A stretch of DNA of 64,000 bases from Psammoneis japonica (Eukaryota). Where the stretch lies: contig QPGO01000175.1 of NCBI GenBank assembly GCA_008632985.1, positions 1-64,000 on the forward strand, read 5' to 3'. How positions within the stretch are numbered: position 1 is the stretch's first letter; each line of letters starts with the position of its first letter. Made by a program: the position numbers and the translations under genes. Under the pieces are notes generated by a model. It made no database searches, was not told the DNA's origin, and was given only the letters and a program-made list of their open reading frames with translations. Shown in pieces: positions 37,518-48,149 of this stretch.

Positions 37518-40500
37518 ATGCCTCAATCAGACCTTCCAGAAGAAGATGAAAGACCGATCGTTGACGCTGTTCCAATACAGGAAGAGCAATATCAGCCGCC
37601 ATCACGCGCACTGATGCGCAGAACAATTTGGTTGCCTACTTTTTTGCTGCTTACTTGGGCGTTGGCAATGCAACAAGAGCATGCAGCTGCAGTAGCGGTG
37701 GCAAATAATGCAGATGTTGACAGAACACTTCCTAGAGAAAGCGAAAGGAACGACAAAAATTACCATGAGACGGAAGCATGGCGATCTGGCAACGAATTGG
37801 AAGAGTATCACGATTTCAGCGATGAATACAGACGAGGCGGAAACGACAAATTGATGAACGACGACAGTGACGGAGACAAAAATGAGGACTCTGTTATTGT
37901 TGTGTCAATGGTGGATGGTTCTATGGCGGGGCTTTCGAGAAAGACAGGAGCAACGATATGGAAGCAAGCGCCTACGGCAGGCAATGAACAGCCGAGCTCC
38001 TCGTCCCCAGCTGCCTCCGGTGATCGTCCTGACGAATCATCATCACAACACATGCGCCCAAACAAAGAAAGCAGAAAGAAGCATGAGAAATCAGACCCAG
38101 ATAGAGGACAGATCCTCAAACCACTGGTATCAACGTCAACAACTACAACCTCCTCCTCCAGCGGACAAGATTGGAAAACAGGCAAGTGGACTAGCGAAGT
38201 GACGGAGCTTGTAACCGTGTCTCTCAAAAGTGCCTCACATCTTCCATGTTTATATACTTCTTATACAATAGCGGCGGTTCCGTCGGTGGATGGACGGGTA
38301 TACTTGACGGCCGGTCGAGACGCCAGTAGTGCTCCATCTTCAACCGAAGTTCACGGCACAACAACTGTGCGGGAGCTTGTCTCGAGAGCTCCTTTCGCTG
38401 ACGAGCGAGGCAGATTTTATGTTGGTTCTCGTCAAGCCATCGCTGCAGCTTTAGACCGTGACACGGGTGAAGTACTGCGAGTAGTTTCTGGATCCACAGC
38501 AGGCAGTGAAACTCAAAGCAATGTCCTGGAGGGTCGCAATGTACTGTGGGTGGGGCGTGTAGATTACAGCGTCTCAGTCTATGACGCGCGCACGGGAGAG
38601 ACAGATGTTCACTTCTCAGCATCGGAAATCATGAGTGTTAATGACATGATCCATGGGAAAACTGAATTGGCGAGCAACCAAGAAATGCGACCTGCAGGTG
38701 CGCATGGTAGCTCCCAGCACGCACCTCGGCTGCTGCTTCCCAGCGGCGGTGGGACCGAATCGTTTCTGTCCAAGGCAAAGACTTCGCTCATAGTGGCGAC
38801 TCCCAATGGAAATGTAGCGCTTCGAAATCCTGATACCGGACAGATCGAATGGATTGCCAACGAGACGTTTGACAGTGCCATTGCTTTTGCTGTGGAATCA
38901 TCAAGCGGTTCATCACTTGGTGTAGACATTTTACCTGATGCTACTGTCCCCAGTTCGTCTACAGAATATTTATCACGGGAGTTGGAGCGACAGGCAGAAG
39001 CACTAGACAACCGAGGTAGCAATGATAGTTTTGATAACGAAGAACAAACTATTGTGGGATCGCTGGCAAGTGGTGAGCTGTTTGCCATGCCACTAGGCAG
39101 AAGACAGACGTCGGTTTCGTGGGCCTCGACCCTAGGCTTACCGCAGTCTCACTCCATCGCCTCTTCGTCATCGGCGGTGGGAAATACCAAGCAGATGGTC
39201 ACAGTGCCGAATATTCTAGGGCGTCAGCACTCGCAGAACTTGCAGCAGCAGCAGCAGCAACACGACCCATTCCAAGGCAACCGACAGAACCGGAAGGGGT
39301 GCAACCCATCCAGTTTGGGATTCCCTGGCTGTCTTGTTGGCAACAGCTATCAAAAGAGAGACGATTTTGCGAATGCGTTTTTACACCAAGCGACACATCA
39401 AGCAAGACCTTTAGCCGACAACTCGGTTGCCCTTCCTTACCATCCCGGGGTGGGCTTCATACCACCCGAGGAATACGCTCAGAATATCGCACATCAGAGT
39501 CTCATTCGTACTTTTCTCCGCATCATGGCATCGTGGTTACCGCCCACAATGGCATTGATTTTCGTGTTGTCATTTGAACTCGGACGTCGTCAGCGAATCA
39601 AGGAAGACAGGAAAAAGGAAAAGAAGGAACGAGAGAGTGCAAGTTTGGCAGCTCAGCGTTCGTTGCCTAGCAATGGCACAACAGATGAACACGAAGGACT
39701 CGCAGAGAAAACTACTAGAAGTATCGGGGTGATTCAAGTTACAGAGGAAGTGTTGGGCTATGGTGGACATGGTACGGTTGTCTACAAGGGAATGCTTGAT
39801 GGACGCAAGGTTGCGGTGAAACGCATGCTTGAGGCCTATCACGCAAGTGCCGATCGAGAGATATCCCTTCTAATTGAAAGCGATGGCCATCCAAATGTCG
39901 TTCGATACTTTTTGAAGGAAGTCCGAGGAGATTTTGTGTATTTGGCACTTGAGTTGTGTGACATGTCTCTTCATGACTTGATTTGCGCGCTGGCTTCTCG
40001 GAGGCCTAGTAGTGACGACGAGGACGATGTTATTTCTTCTGCGACAAAGACGACATTGCATCAAGTTGCGTCCGGTGTGCGACACCTACATTCCCTGCGC
40101 ATCGTTCATCGAGACCTCAAACCAATGAACATTTTGATGCAAGCCCAGTCAAAAGGAGAAACGGAGGAAACAAACGCGTCTACTGACGATTTCTTCCCTC
40201 TTTTTGAGAAAGGCGAATACATCGCCAAAATATCTGACATGGGACTCGGGAAACAACTGGCAGGACAAAGTAGCTTCGGAATCAGTACGCTCGCTAACAC
40301 CTCAATCCAGGGCGCCGCCAACGGAGGAGCCGAGGGCGCGAACATTGTTGGTGCTGGGCCCGGTAGTGTTGGATGGCAAGCACCTGAAGTTATGGCCCTA
40401 CGCTGGTCTCCGGAATCGGTTCCTTCTAGGACCGACGGAAGCTCGATGGGCGGTACAGACTCGCTTGCAGAGGCCTCTCCTATTGAGGGAGGGATGGCCA

Positions 40501-42017
40501 ATCGAACCAGTAGATCAGTTGACATCTTTTCTCTTGGCTGCATCTTCTACTGCACTCTAGTCCCAGGATCGCACCCATTTGGTGAATGGTACGAGCGAGA
40601 GGCAAACATCATGAGAAACAAGCCAAATGTGGAACCTCTTTTGAAGCTATCAGCCGAGGCCTACGATCTAGTTCGGTCTATGATTCACCGTGATCCCAAG
40701 TCCCGCCCCACAGCAAAAGAAATATGCGAGCACCCTTTCTTTTGGAAGCCTTCGAGGCGTCTTTCTTTTCTATGTGACGTCTCTGATCGACTGGAATGCG
40801 ACGCTCTGCGAGAGAGCAACGAAGAAAGTTCAACGCCCGATTCGTGTTTCAAAGCGCTAGCAATTGAAAGGAATGCGACACAGGTTGTTGGTACTGCGTG
40901 GGACAAGAAGATTGATCAAGACCTCAACAACAACGTTTCGCGTTTCAGGACGTACGATCCATCATCTGTTCGTGATTGCCTTCGAATGATTCGGAACAAG
41001 CATCATCACTATGATGAACTCCCTGCTGAAGTCAAGGAACGAGTTGGCTCCAACCCTGATGGTCTTTTGCTCTACTTCGAGAGGAGATTTCCACGTCTTC
41101 TTATGCACTGCTACTCTACTTGCCGTGAATACTTGTCATCAGAAGATTCACTATCGACAAAGTACAAGATACCACAACGGAAAGGAAGAGAGAGAGGGGA
41201 GGCGGTAACAAAAGTTCCACGCGCAGATCTTGACGAAAAAGAGAAACGGAACGAGAAGGATGAGGTTCCAGAGATATCGGGAACCTACGTGCTACTGGCG
41301 GAAGAAACGACTACCGAGGAGAATTTGACATTGGTAGAAAACGTGTCCGGCGATGAAGATAGAGAGTCATTACTCGCCGGTAGCTCTCCTCGGGGGGGCC
41401 TAACAGACAAGGAGCACATTCTTTCCGAAGCAGAACCTCGATGCAACACGCCGATTCTAGTACCTTCTGCGACGTTATTGCCATCCACATCTGACGACGA
41501 GCACAAACAAGATAGAGCGTCTAGCTCTTTGGATGAGCCTATGCCTGCAATTGTCGAATATCCTCAAGACATCATAGTTTGGGAAGCTAGTACTGCTGCA
41601 AAAACTCTGAACTGCCGTGGATGGATGCGATCAACTGATGAATGGGTGCGAAGAACCGACGCGAACCTTAGAAAGCGCGACGCGAACGTTACAAGATGCG
41701 CAGGAGATGCAAAATTTCGTACTCGATTGTGCAATCACTGGGACGTGAGCATGGGCACATTCTGTCCCATGAGAAGAAAGAACAAGTGTGTTTTTGCGCA
41801 TGGTCCTGTAGAGCTTCGAGTTAAAGATGGCAAGAGACAACGATGGGGCAAGCTAGTTGACAAGAACGGAAACAACTCAAATCCAAACCATTCAGGCGGC
41901 GAGGACACGTACGGTGCAGCACGTTCGATTGAAACAGTTCGAAAAGAAGAAGGCAAATGGAAAACAGATAGAAGAGGGAAAAACAAAGGGAGACAAGGGG
42001 CGGCGAAGAAGAAATGA
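37518..42017 (+). CDS. IRE1: IRE1 kinase/endoribonuclease with C-terminal CCCH zinc finger; probable 90-nt GC-AG intron 38182-38271
   Basis: Signal-like segment from Met at 37614, luminal domain, TM, LGYGGHGTVVYKG, DGHPNVVRY, HRDLKPMN, ISDMGLGK, KEN domain (DCLRMIRNKHHHY). Confidence 0.93.
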   Translation: MPQSDLPEEDERPIVDAVPIQEEQYQPPSRALMRRTIWLPTFLLLTWALAMQQEHAAAVAVANNADVDRTLPRESERNDKNYHETEAWRSGNELEEYHDFSDEYRRGGNDKLMNDDSDGDKNEDSVIVVSMVDGSMAGLSRKTGATIWKQAPTAGNEQPSSSSPAASGDRPDESSSQHMRPNKESRKKHEKSDPDRGQILKPLVSTSTTTTSSSSGQDWKTGKWTSEVTELVTVSLKSASHLPCLYTSYTIAAVPSVDGRVYLTAGRDASSAPSSTEVHGTTTVRELVSRAPFADERGRFYVGSRQAIAAALDRDTGEVLRVVSGSTAGSETQSNVLEGRNVLWVGRVDYSVSVYDARTGETDVHFSASEIMSVNDMIHGKTELASNQEMRPAGAHGSSQHAPRLLLPSGGGTESFLSKAKTSLIVATPNGNVALRNPDTGQIEWIANETFDSAIAFAVESSSGSSLGVDILPDATVPSSSTEYLSRELERQAEALDNRGSNDSFDNEEQTIVGSLASGELFAMPLGRRQTSVSWASTLGLPQSHSIASSSSAVGNTKQMVTVPNILGRQHSQNLQQQQQQHDPFQGNRQNRKGCNPSSLGFPGCLVGNSYQKRDDFANAFLHQATHQARPLADNSVALPYHPGVGFIPPEEYAQNIAHQSLIRTFLRIMASWLPPTMALIFVLSFELGRRQRIKEDRKKEKKERESASLAAQRSLPSNGTTDEHEGLAEKTTRSIGVIQVTEEVLGYGGHGTVVYKGMLDGRKVAVKRMLEAYHASADREISLLIESDGHPNVVRYFLKEVRGDFVYLALELCDMSLHDLICALASRRPSSDDEDDVISSATKTTLHQVASGVRHLHSLRIVHRDLKPMNILMQAQSKGETEETNASTDDFFPLFEKGEYIAKISDMGLGKQLAGQSSFGISTLANTSIQGAANGGAEGANIVGAGPGSVGWQAPEVMALRWSPESVPSRTDGSSMGGTDSLAEASPIEGGMANRTSRSVDIFSLGCIFYCTLVPGSHPFGEWYEREANIMRNKPNVEPLLKLSAEAYDLVRSMIHRDPKSRPTAKEICEHPFFWKPSRRLSFLCDVSDRLECDALRESNEESSTPDSCFKALAIERNATQVVGTAWDKKIDQDLNNNVSRFRTYDPSSVRDCLRMIRNKHHHYDELPAEVKERVGSNPDGLLLYFERRFPRLLMHCYSTCREYLSSEDSLSTKYKIPQRKGRERGEAVTKVPRADLDEKEKRNEKDEVPEISGTYVLLAEETTTEENLTLVENVSGDEDRESLLAGSSPRGGLTDKEHILSEAEPRCNTPILVPSATLLPSTSDDEHKQDRASSSLDEPMPAIVEYPQDIIVWEASTAAKTLNCRGWMRSTDEWVRRTDANLRKRDANVTRCAGDAKFRTRLCNHWDVSMGTFCPMRRKNKCVFAHGPVELRVKDGKRQRWGKLVDKNGNNSNPNHSGGEDTYGAARSIETVRKEEGKWKTDRRGKNKGRQGAAKKK

Positions 42018-43034
42018 TAAATGGTGCTTAGAGTGTCTTAGACGAATTCCACGCTAGCTCTCCAGGCACTGTGGCCCTACCGGTAAAACTATGTTGTGCA
42101 GTACGGGAAAGGATGCTGAATCACCAATGATGCTCGCAGTAGTCGGTTAATGACCCCCTTATGTACTCTGCGGGGTAAACTCGTCCATCTTGGGGTTCAC
42201 AGACAAGGACAACAGTAAACGGCAGTTACCGTCGGAGGGGAAGAGCTTATTCGTAGTTCGGTGCCAGCGGACAAAAAGAACTCTACCATGACTTTGTTAG
42301 GACGAAGGAGAAATGACCGGTACCACTATCCTGCATGCTAACCTCATAGTCCTGTAGTTCGTAATCTTCAGATTCAACGAACTTCCGGCAACATCCGTGC
42401 GTCACAAAAAATCTTGACAAAGACTTTCGTGTTTCGTGGCGGCACAGTGGGCACAAAACGTGGCATAATTTTTCAGACTTCACTGAACCACGTACTATGA
42501 CTTCGGACAGGTCATCATCTAGAGTTAAAATGTATACAATTCTGTAAAATAATTTATGTCGTAAGATGGTCATTCGGAGTTTTATGACCTCCTCGAAATT
42601 TGACGGGAAAAAGTCAACGGAAAATATTTAAGCCCAAATTGGACGGGGCTTAGTTGTTCATTTCCGTTCTCGTGCAGAAAAGCCGATACTTCCAGAATCC
42701 ACTAAATGCTGAGGTAGAAAACCACCTGCTCTTCTTCTATCATTTCTACAGGATTGATCGTAGAAAATCTAATTCGAAACTATGATCAATTTACGACCAC
42801 CATTTTTCTCTACGTATCCGTAGGCGTTGATTGTAAGGTCATGAATGACTCCTATCAATGCGGTATCACTTTACTTAAGAAAAGGTCATTGTCATACTTC
42901 CTCCCTCTTTTCGGATGTTTTGAGTGACGAAACCGACTTCGTCGCGACCACAAAACTCAAAACTCCCTTTTCAATCAGCACACAATTTCTTCAACAAGAT
43001 CTTTGTTCCGACATCTCTTTCTTTGGCCAAAAAC

Positions 43035-43553
43035 ATGAACGTCTCTATGATGAACTACGCACCCAAGTCTCTCGAAGAGAACTCCATTATTGAGAGCACG
43101 CACGTCAAGACTATCATGAACGACGACCTTGAGTTGATGGACAGCATCGACCTTGAAGACGATTTCCTGCTAGATCTCGACACCAAGCTTCCCCACATTG
43201 CTGACAGCTTCTGTGACCCCCTGAAACAGGAAGCATGCAGCTTTGACGTCTTGGGAGAGCCACAAGATCCGATGGACCTCGACGATATGCCACCAATGGA
43301 TACCCACTTCTCCGGCTCCAACGACCTCCAAGATCTTCAACAACAATACAAGATTGCGTTGAAGCAGCTCGCCACTGCCATGAAAAGATCCGAGGTCACG
43401 CGCAATAACATCATCCGCCTCAGACAGAAAAGTGACGAGCCCATCCCCGAAAAGCATGTCATGGGCTTCCTGAACGGATCAAGAACAACTTTGACGTCCG
43501 GGTTGGAGCATTCAAGAAGCATGCTTCAGGCTCTTGCTACTCAGACCGTATAG
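43035..43553 (+). CDS. Hypothetical acidic protein with C-terminal coiled segment
   Basis: ATG-initiated ORF with coding-like codon use; LATAMKRSEVTR helix. Confidence 0.7.
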   Translation: MNVSMMNYAPKSLEENSIIESTHVKTIMNDDLELMDSIDLEDDFLLDLDTKLPHIADSFCDPLKQEACSFDVLGEPQDPMDLDDMPPMDTHFSGSNDLQDLQQQYKIALKQLATAMKRSEVTRNNIIRLRQKSDEPIPEKHVMGFLNGSRTTLTSGLEHSRSMLQALATQTV

Positions 43554-44161
43554 TGTCGTTGTGCATATCTACAGAGGTTGCCATAGTTAAAACCTCAAAG
43601 ACGCACGCCTGAATAATTCGTTAAAGAAGTAGAGATCCATTTGTACATACTTATCCTTTTGATTCTTTACCATACGTTCGTTCCTCCACAGTCAAAGATA
43701 CCCTTTGCATTTTTCGTCAATCGATCGCCACCGTGAAATAACGACTTGGTCGCTGTTTGAGGGGAATCAAATCGCTTCCCAATTCAGTTGAATAAGTACA
43801 GGAGGTAAATGCGAAGGGATGAAGGAGTTGTTCTCTACACTCTACACCATATTGAATACTGTATCGTTCTTTGGCGTTGCTTGGTCGATCATCGTCTTGA
43901 ATCATCATCGGCGGTGCGCCTGGTCATCAGGTTCTGTCGCGCGGTCGCGCTTTGGGTCGCGCAAATCCCCTTGAGCTGTCCGTCGTCAGGGTGTCGATTT
44001 GGCGCGCGAACGCTCAGCTCCGATGATCGATCTTCGCGTCACAATGCTCAAGATAATGCGGGTGGCGGCGACACGTTGCGGCAACCAGAGTAAAGGAAAG
44101 CTGCAGTATTCTTTTGGCGACTGCACTTCACAGCCAGTTTATTCGTAATAGAAAAATAGAG

Positions 44162-45763
44162 ATGAAAGGGTGGTCGTATTTCCTTTCACTTTTCATGTTG
44201 TTGAGCCATGGCTTCGCATATTCTCCCCTGCATCATTCAAGACAAATGAGACCAGAAAAGCAAATGGGGTCAGAGCGAAGAGTTGCCAGTGCACTGTCGT
44301 ATGACGCAGTGACAGATCTACCAGTGGACAAAGAAGAATCTAAGGTCGGAGTTTTGCTCTTGAACCTTGGGGGACCGGAAACCGGAGATGATGTCGAAGG
44401 TGCGTGGTTCTGGTTCCATGTTGAACTTATTTTTAATTGAAGTCAATGGAAATACCTTATTCAAATGCATTGCTGAATAGAACAACTCATGGTTAGGATT
44501 CGCCCGACTGACTCATTGCGCTTTTTTTGAATTGCGTTTTGAACAGGCTTCCTGTACAACCTGTTTGCCGACCCTGACATTATTCGACTGCCGGGACCAC
44601 TAGCACCATTACAGTCACTAATTGCATGGATAATATCGAAACGGCGAGCACCCAAATCGAGGGCTGCCTACGAATCAATCGGCGGGGGGTCTCCAATCCT
44701 GAAGTATTCCAATGCGCAGGCGAAGCTCATGAGTCACTCTTTGAAGGAACGATATGGCCTAGATGTTAAGGCGTATATTGGGATGAGGTACTGGCACCCG
44801 TTTACTGAGGATGCTTTAGAACAGATTCAAAAGGATGGTATAAATGCTCTGGTCATTCTCCCGCTATATCCTCAGTTCAGCATATCCACGTCTGGGAGCA
44901 GTCTGCGAGTTTTGCAGGAGATCTTCGCCAAGAACACAGATCGGTTTGGAGCTAATAAAATGGTTCACACGGTGGTCCCCTCGTGGTACGATAGGCCGGG
45001 TTATGTCAAGGCAATGGCAGACCTTATTCAGAAAGAGCTTGAGTCCTTCACACCTGAAGAAATTGCGGAGGGCACGGCAGCGGGGCAGAAATGTGCCCGC
45101 CATGTACTGTTTTCTGCACATGGGGTGCCAAAATCTTACATCGACGCGGGGGATCCATATCAAGAACAGATAAAGGATTGCGTTAGAAAAATATCCGAGT
45201 TGCTTCCCGGGCCCGAGGCCGGCGTCGAAATCCATCTGAGCTACCAAAGTCGGGTGGGTCCCATCGAATGGCTTCGTCCGTACACTGACGATGTGCTTCC
45301 GGAGCTTGGGGCTAGTGGTGTTAGAAACTTAGTTGTTGTGCCAATTAGCTTTGTCAGCGAACACATCGAAACGCTTGAAGAAATCGACATTGAATATAGA
45401 GAGTTGGCTGAAGAAAGCGGCATTACGAACTGGAGAAGGTCTCCCGCCTTGAATACTGATGGTACCTTTATTGATGACATGGCTGACATGGTTGTGGATG
45501 CTCTTACTGAACCTGCTCAGACGGTCACGGAGGCATGCGTGGCCAACAATTGCGGGGATGTGGACTTACTACCAATCGACGAGCGAGTAGGAATAAACAG
45601 CGCAGGAGTGGGCGGTGTTGGCGCAGAGGCTGACCTGATTGCTACCGAGAGGTTGAAAGATAAGGAAAGGATAAACGGGAGAGTGGCGATGTTTGGTGTG
45701 GCGGCTACGCTCTTAGTGGAGCTTCTGAGTGGAAAACCTCTGACGCACATGCTGGGTTTCTAA
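44162..45763 (+). CDS. hemH: Ferrochelatase with C-terminal CAB motif; exons 44162-44399 and 44547-45763
   Basis: GVLLLNLGGPET, FLYNLFADPDIIRLP, LFSAHGVP, YQSRVGPIEWLRPYT, SFVSEHIETLEEID, ERINGRVAMFG. Confidence 0.96.
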
Positions 45764-45894
45764 GATACGTCGAAGAATAGGTATTGACACCCAAACGTAA
45801 CATATCAAAGTTGATCATTGCCACAACCTCAGTTTGAACTCAGTTGCAGTTGTTATCGAATACTTGTAGACGTTCGAAAGTCTTACTGCATCTC

Positions 45895-46160
45895 GCTGCC
45901 CTCTCTTGTAGCTACTCTCTAGAGCTACAACTATGGCCTACCCTCTACTACCATAGAGTTGAGCTATCTACTTAGCTACTACTTCCTAGCTAGAGAGCAA
46001 GGTTTGTGGGTCTAGAGTGAGAGAGATACCTTGTACCGGTACCGTAGTGCCGCTCCCGCTCGGAACCGTAGGCCTAGTCTACTCTTCTACTAGTCTCTTT
46101 CTAGTAGAGAGAGTACCGGTACTCTCTACTGTAGGGTTCCTACCGGTAGCTACTTATGGA
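45895..46160. repeat. CTAG/CTAC/GTAG-rich low-complexity tract
   Basis: Dense TA-containing words (TAGCTA, CTCTAG, CTACT, TACCGGTA). Confidence 0.8.
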
Positions 46161-46162
46161 GT

Positions 46163-46669
46163 TACGACTAGCACAATGTGAACTGTAAAAAACGTCCCGA
46201 ACACCCGTATCGCATTTTTTGTATACCGATATTTAACGATAACGGCTTTTAGCAAATAATTAGGGCATTTTTACAGATGTAACCCATACAATTTGTACTC
46301 AAAAATCTATACTCGAAACACAATTAGAAGATTTTTTGAATGTTTCCTATTCAAATTATGACTCAAATTTTGATATTACTTTTTCAACTCCGACTGCTTC
46401 ATAATCAATAAACAAGTTCGAATATTTTATTAAAAGACGTGGCCGGCGTTTCGGTCCATTTTGGCGGCTCCGACATTTGAGTTTACTTAACACCAGACAT
46501 TTCTATAGGACTTCAGTTCGTAGAGCAATAAATACGTAGACTGGTACAAATTCTACAGCAGGAGTCATGTGCAGTCATTTTACATACCAATCATCCAGAC
46601 ATTTACTATATATTTAAATACAAAATATCCAGTTTGTTATAGTCTATTTTGCACATTGTGCTAGTCGTA
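46163..46669. mobile_element. MITE-like non-autonomous element
   Basis: Perfect 18-bp inverted repeat TACGACTAGCACAATGTG (46163-46180 and 46652-46669) around an AT-rich non-coding interior. Confidence 0.8.
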
Positions 46670-46985
46670 GCCTCATAGAGTAGAGAGAGTAGATGCTTTT
46701 TCATTTGTGAGATAGAGGGCCTAAAATCTGTCTGTCAGGGCACATGCGCAGGCGCCAGACGTGGTTCTCATCTACATCATCATTGCGTCACGCGGCCAAA
46801 GATGTTTACATTCGTTGCCGTAGACTACGTTCTCACGTTGACACCGCTTCTCACAAAATCTTTGAAACAGAACACTCGCATCACACCAAACCCAATCACA
46901 AATCAGCAAACACACAAAACATCAAACGAACGAAGACAAATTGCCGATCACCTCTACAAAAGATACCCTGTGTGAAATCTCTACC

Positions 46986-47339
46986 ATGACGAAAACATTT
47001 CTTCTAATCTGTCTTGCTTTGATTGCAGTGACATCCTCCAAGAAAGCCGTGCAGCCGGCTGCGGACGTCAAGTCTCGCGGCTTTGGAAAGAAGGCATTTG
47101 TGACTGACAAGGACAAGACCAAGGAGGTCGTGAACGTATCTAGCAAGAAAGGCGATGGTCAAGGTGAGATCTAGACGATCCTTCGTGCAGTGAACGTACT
47201 ACGTCACACTCAACCTACATTCTTTCCCGCTTCTTGCACTCTCGACACTCTAGCTTCGCATTCGCGAAGGGCGTTCGTTCACCGTCCACATGGGAGTGAT
47301 AGCTTCTGCGTCGATTTTGCTTCCCATATTGACGAATAA
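46986..47339 (+). CDS. Small putatively secreted protein; probable intron 47164-47253
   Basis: MTKTFLLICLALIAVTSS signal-like start; GTGAG donor and pyrimidine-rich TAG acceptor. Confidence 0.45.
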
Positions 47340-48149
47340 GCTGCTCAGCTTTTTCGTGGCAGCTTTCATGGTTGCCTCAAGAGAGATTTTCAAGCCTAGA
47401 GATTGTTCGCAAGAATCACAGAAAGCAAACGCGTGACATGGAATTTTCTTTGCTTGTCAGCTCAACTTCATATTATTATGTCTTTTTTATTTCACGCTAG
47501 CAATTAAGATTCGTGGACAAGGAGCAGCAAGATGTAGCAAGTAAATGATAGCTGCAAAGTAGTCCAACCTTCCTACACAAGTAGTTGCGCCAAAGAATAG
47601 AAGTTAGAGTTGGGGGTGGGGGTGGGGAATCCGTTCCACCATGGTATGCTCCATAGAACATAAGAATAAGCATTGCACGGGTAAAAACGCCCGACGCAGC
47701 AGCTTGTTTATCTTGCATCATTGTAACGCGTGTCGAGTGTATTTGTTTTTGAGCTCATCTTTCGATGAGTATCAGCTTTCACGTTGAGGAACGCCCATGG
47801 CGGCTTGTCGCGCCATTCGCTCCCAGATTCCAACGTTGATTCAGACTCTGGGTTTAAAAGAAGAGACATAATATGAGAACAAGTGACTGTATATTCGTGC
47901 ACGAGTGGGACAGTGGGTAAATCACTGACTGCCCGGGACATATATTTCATCACCACCGCTCGAGGTGCACTCACCGTAGTTTTGTCGACGGCCATTCTCA
48001 ACGATCCAGACTACGATGGGGACTCCGTCAAGGTATTGTGAACGACTACCGATCAGTATAACCACACAAAGAGCCGCACGATCAGCACACTCGACTTCGC
48101 GAAGCTGACAATGAACCGGTTGTTTCGCCCCCCTCATAATACTTCCAGT

